A stretch of 64,000 nt of DNA, taken from the NCBI GenBank assembly GCA_963756875.1, contig CAVWPA010000003.1:736001-800000 (forward strand). The letters run 5' to 3'. The notes beneath the pieces are model-generated. The model was not told the DNA's origin, made no database searches, and was given only the letters and a program-made list of their open reading frames with translations. This document shows positions 60,275 through 64,000 of the stretch, in pieces; position 1 is the first letter of the stretch; every line of letters starts with the position of its first letter. Position numbers and translations under genes: made by a program. This stretch comes from an uncultured Verrucomicrobiae bacterium. Lineage in GTDB: Bacteria; Verrucomicrobiota; Verrucomicrobiia; Chthoniobacterales; UBA10450.

Positions 60275-61006
60275 TTAGGCGTTGCGACGGAAACGGCGCA
60301 CGTGCGTGCTGAGCACGAGAAGCAACGCAAAGCCGAGCAGGGCGGAGGTCGCCGGTTCGGGAACATTGCTGAAGCTCAGTGTGGTTGTCGCATTGTTCAG
60401 ATCGTTGGTCAGAGCAAGCTCGTTAGGCGCAAGCGCCGTGTCGCTCGGATTGTCGGACACGACGAAAGCAGGCAGAATTCCGTTGCCCGATTGCAAGGCG
60501 GCGAGAATGGCGGTGCCGGTCGTGGCCGGATCGACCATGATCGAAAATGTCTGGGTATCGACAAAACTGTCTCCTCGAAATCCATTCAAAAGAATTCCGG
60601 TGTCGATTCCCCCGGTGTAAACGCCGGTCATGGAATCGTACGTTCCGCCGACATAGAAGTGCAGATGATCGAAATCGAAGTTCGTGGGATCTCCTGTGTT
60701 TGTTCCGGAATTCCCGTCGAACATGGTGAGCGTCAGCGTGATTTGGTTGATGCTGGTTAACGACGTGTAGCTGCCGCTAAAGTCGTAACCGGCGCCCGCA
60801 GTCACCAGCGCAGGGTGATTCAACGGCAGGGCCATCGAAACGTCGTATACGTTCTGATTTTGATCGGTGCCATTGGTTGTGGCGCGGTTGTCTTCGCTCA
60901 CTGTCGAGCTGATCGTCGTTGCCTTGCTCAATGCCGGAGACAAGATCAGCAATGCGATCAGCGCAGGCATCGTCAACATTCGAATGACAAAAGATGAATT
61001 TTTCAT
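60275..61006 (-). CDS. PEP-CTERM protein
   Basis: Signal peptide; VPEPATSALLGFALLL...RRFRRNA. Confidence 0.9.
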   Translation of the reverse strand: MKNSSFVIRMLTMPALIALLILSPALSKATTISSTVSEDNRATTNGTDQNQNVYDVSMALPLNHPALVTAGAGYDFSGSYTSLTSINQITLTLTMFDGNSGTNTGDPTNFDFDHLHFYVGGTYDSMTGVYTGGIDTGILLNGFRGDSFVDTQTFSIMVDPATTGTAILAALQSGNGILPAFVVSDNPSDTALAPNELALTNDLNNATTTLSFSNVPEPATSALLGFALLLVLSTHVRRFRRNA

Positions 61007-61136
61007 TTGTTTGGGTTCCTGGTTTTGAGACTGTATTCGGATTCGCGAGCGGACCCGGACGTATGGCCTGCAAATTTTTTTCGAGCGTTGCTCGATTGTC
61101 AGGGTGTGCCGCGCGTTGCTTGCGCGAACTAGCTCA

Positions 61137-61451
61137 TTAATGAGAGCGGTGGGACTGCAGGAAGCGCAACCAGCCTCGCCCGAACAAGCTAATCAACTCG
61201 TGCAACGTCGGATCGACCTGCCTCTTCGGCGCCTCCTCTTCAAATGCAGGAGCCGCCGCCCATACTTGGTGCGGGCGACCGGATTTCTTCATCCGTGGCT
61301 GGCGTGGCAGAGGCGGCATCGCCGGAACAGGAATGCGTTCGTTTAGACGATCTTGTTCAAAGGCAGCGCGATTGATCTTAAAACGCCTCATGGGACGCAG
61401 TGGGGCGTTCTTTAAACGGGGCGCCCTATCCAAGTTCGCTTCTGAGATCAT
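61137..61451 (-). CDS. Small hypothetical protein (uncertain)
   Basis: Fills the gap between two minus-strand PEP-CTERM genes; no recognisable motif. Confidence 0.3.
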   Translation of the reverse strand: MISEANLDRAPRLKNAPLRPMRRFKINRAAFEQDRLNERIPVPAMPPLPRQPRMKKSGRPHQVWAAAPAFEEEAPKRQVDPTLHELISLFGRGWLRFLQSHRSH

Positions 61452-61537
61452 CTATTGGTAGTTCGGACGCGGTTGCCTTGGTGGACGTGTCGCAACCGAC
61501 TTTCGCCTGGAGGCGAACGGGCTGGGAGTCCCGGGAA

Positions 61538-62185
61538 CTATGCGCGAACTCGGCGACGAGACGCCAGCAACAGCGCGATGGTGCCAGCCCCGATTAACGC
61601 CGATGTGCCCGGTTCCGGCACGACCGTAAAATTATCGATGGTGGGCTCCGGATTGCCGACGCCATTCGAAATCTGCATGGCGACCGAGGTGATCGGGCTG
61701 CTGAGAGAATCGTAACCGATGAAAGTGTAAGCGTTGTTAACGCTGGGCGAAGCGATTGTATCCAACACCGTGGCTCCGGAATAAATGGTCAGTTGGTAAG
61801 GCTCGGCCACCGTCTGGCTGGGGCTAATGAGGTCCATGCCGAAGCTGAAAGTGTTCGCCGGCAGCGTGATCAATACACTATCGGCGAGAAACTGACCGTT
61901 GAACGCGTACAGCGCCAGATTGTTCGGCCCGAGAAATGAAAAGTTATTGTTGCCGAGGAACTCAATGTTGTTGCTGGAGGGAACGGCGTCGAAGTTCACA
62001 TTGCCGAGCGGCGTGGGGGCGGTGACGTCGGTATACTGCGTTGGGCCGGGCGTGTAACCGTTGAAGTCGATGACGTAATTGCCGGGGTGCACCAGATCGT
62101 AGGCCGCCCGCGTGTTGTAAATGGTTTGCGCATTTGCGCTGAAAGCCATCGCCGAAAGGAGAAGAGCGAGAATGAATGGTTTCAT
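61538..62185 (-). CDS. PEP-CTERM protein
   Basis: MKPFILALLLSAMAFSANAQ signal peptide; VPEPGTSALIGAG...RRRVRA. Confidence 0.9.
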   Translation of the reverse strand: MKPFILALLLSAMAFSANAQTIYNTRAAYDLVHPGNYVIDFNGYTPGPTQYTDVTAPTPLGNVNFDAVPSSNNIEFLGNNNFSFLGPNNLALYAFNGQFLADSVLITLPANTFSFGMDLISPSQTVAEPYQLTIYSGATVLDTIASPSVNNAYTFIGYDSLSSPITSVAMQISNGVGNPEPTIDNFTVVPEPGTSALIGAGTIALLLASRRRVRA

Positions 62186-62387
62186 AAGTTCAACAGTTTG
62201 TGGGTAGAATCGAAAAATCCCGAGAAGATGGTCGCCTCGCCGGATCAGTTTTGCGCCCTCTGTGAAGAAATTCTGGCGCTGGCCTCCTCTTCCCCGAGCT
62301 GTAAATCGTTGTTCCTGGGCTGCGTTGATTTGTTTCATTGCGGGTGCTAGGTAGCAGCGGTCCGAAGCCGGACGGGCATTGATTGCG

Positions 62388-64000
62388 ATGAGTCAGAAGA
62401 ATTACAAAGAGACGCTTAACCTCCCGCGCACGGATTTTCCCATGAAGGCGAATCTGTCCGCGCGCGAGCCGGAGCTGCTAAAAATGTGGGACGAGACCGG
62501 ACTCTATCGCGAAATCCAGAACGCGAGAAAGGAATCCGAGCTGTTCGTCCTGCACGATGGGCCGCCGTTCGCCAATGGCGACGTTCATATGGGCACCGCG
62601 CTCAATAAAGTCCTGAAGGATTTCGTGGTGAAATCCCAGACCATGCTTGGCAAACGCGCGCCTTACGTTCCCGGCTGGGACTGTCACGGCCTGCCCATCG
62701 AATACAAGGTGGTAAGGGAATCTCGCGGGCTTTCGCCGCTCGAGATCCGCAAACAATCCGAGGCTTTCGCCCGCAAGTACGTCGATATCCAGCGCGGGCA
62801 ATTCAAGCGCCTCGGCGTTCTTGGCGATTGGGATAATCCGTACCTGACAATGGACCCGAAATATGAGGCCGAAATTTTGCGCGCCTTCGCCGTGTTCGTC
62901 GAAAAAGACCTGGTTTATCAATCGCTCAAGCCGGTTTTTTGGAGCACCGGCGCGCAAACGGCCCTCGCTGAAGCCGAGGTGGAATACCAGGACCGCGACG
63001 ATACCGCTGTTTACGTGAAGTTCCCGATTGTTGGCGGGGCGCGACCGCCGGGCGCGCCGTCTGAATCTGTAGGGGAAGCTGTTAGCTTCCCTCCTGGAAC
63101 CAGCATCGCGATCTGGACGACCACGCCATGGACGTTGCCCGCGAATCTGGCGATCGCCGTCGATCCGAAAGCGACCTATGTCGTCCAGGAGTTTCGAAGG
63201 GTGGGCGAGGGCTCAGCGTCCCAAACTGAAACGCTGCTCCTTGCCGGCAAACTCGTTCCCCAGTTCTGCGCAAATACTGGATTCGAACCAATCGGCGAAC
63301 CGCTGGCATCGTTTCCCGGAGCCAGGATCGAAGCGCTCATCGCGCAGCATCCATTCCTGAACCGGCAATCGGTCGTATTTACTGCCGATTTCGTGACCAT
63401 GGATACTGGCACCGGTGCGGTACATATCGCGCCTGGTCATGGCGAGGACGATTACTTGTTAGGCCGGAAGAATAATTTGCAGATTTTATCCCCGGTTGAC
63501 GATCACGGCCGTTTTACTGACGCGGCCGGTCTGCCCAACTTGACCGGCCAATACGTTTTCGACGCCAATGGCGACATCGTTAATTTGCTGCGCGAGCGTG
63601 GCATGCTGCTCGGCGAAGAGAAATTTCACCACTCGTATCCGTACTGCTGGCGTTCGAAGACGCCGATCATTTTCCGCGCGGTCGAACAGTTCTTCATCCG
63701 CATCGACGAACTGCGGGGCCGCGCCTTGAAAGCGATTCACAAGGAAGTGAAATGGATTCCGGCATGGGGCGAGAACCGCATCGCAGGGACGGTCGAGTCA
63801 CGGCCGGATTGGGTCATCTCACGCCAGCGTAGTTGGGGTGTGCCGTTGCCCGTTTTTTATTCTGCTGATGGCAAACCGATTCTCGACGCCAAGAGTATTC
63901 GAAAGCTTGCCGATTTGGTAGCGGAGCGCGGCTCGAACATTTGGTTCGAACTCAACGACGCCGAGCTGGCGACACAATTGGGATTGCCGGAGGGAACGAC
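62388..64000 (+). CDS. ileS: Isoleucine--tRNA ligase (3'-truncated by window edge; absent from the ORF track)
   Basis: MSQKNYKETLNLPRTDFPMKA, LHDGPPFANGDVHMG, PGWDCHGLPIE, IWTTTPWTLPAN, GTGAVHIAPGHG, HSYP.CWR, RPDWVISRQR.WGVP. Confidence 0.97.
   Translation, partial: MSQKNYKETLNLPRTDFPMKANLSAREPELLKMWDETGLYREIQNARKESELFVLHDGPPFANGDVHMGTALNKVLKDFVVKSQTMLGKRAPYVPGWDCHGLPIEYKVVRESRGLSPLEIRKQSEAFARKYVDIQRGQFKRLGVLGDWDNPYLTMDPKYEAEILRAFAVFVEKDLVYQSLKPVFWSTGAQTALAEAEVEYQDRDDTAVYVKFPIVGGARPPGAPSESVGEAVSFPPGTSIAIWTTTPWTLPANLAIAVDPKATYVVQEFRRVGEGSASQTETLLLAGKLVPQFCANTGFEPIGEPLASFPGARIEALIAQHPFLNRQSVVFTADFVTMDTGTGAVHIAPGHGEDDYLLGRKNNLQILSPVDDHGRFTDAAGLPNLTGQYVFDANGDIVNLLRERGMLLGEEKFHHSYPYCWRSKTPIIFRAVEQFFIRIDELRGRALKAIHKEVKWIPAWGENRIAGTVESRPDWVISRQRSWGVPLPVFYSADGKPILDAKSIRKLADLVAERGSNIWFELNDAELATQLGLPEGT

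Overview
High-GC bacterial chromosomal window. PEP-CTERM proteins, GTAG-type palindromic repeats and gene style suggest a soil Verrucomicrobiota (Spartobacteria/Chthoniobacterales-like) genome; this is inference, not a measured result. (1) 1-17.4 kb: the end of an S8 peptidase, a PEP-CTERM gene and housekeeping genes (typA, yebC, rho, glnE, rhomboid, DAG-kinase family, AsmA-like, rsmD, waaA, tRNA-Glu, PPi-type PFK). (2) 17.6-38 kb, the main finding: a ~20 kb lipid locus that looks like a near-complete pathway for a eukaryote-like hydroxylated/desaturated inositol-phosphoceramide. It holds a DEGS/DES1-like desaturase, an FA2H/Scs7-like hydroxylase, an SPT-like AOS enzyme, a bCerS-like GNAT, two CDP-alcohol phosphotransferases, a radical SAM enzyme, an IPCT-like nucleotidyltransferase, an SDR, a GT-C-like membrane protein, a flippase, a GT4, a dual-TolC ABC exporter and myo-inositol-1-phosphate synthase. 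(3) 38-49.4 kb: an AddAB-like pair and a full selenocysteine locus (selB, selA, selD, selC). The locus has two UGA-recoded selenoproteins the ORF track missed or truncated (SelD CAGUAAK and a 78-aa Rdx/SelW-like CxxU protein), each followed by a hairpin with the same AGUUU apex. (4) 49.5-64 kb: outer-membrane proteins, a CusRS-like two-component system, three PEP-CTERM genes, two tandem secreted Asp-box propeller paralogues and the 5' part of ileS, which carries REP-like palindromes in frame. The many single-base frameshifts at 28.3-33.3 kb are most likely sequencing errors. All product calls come from motif recognition by eye; no database searches were run.
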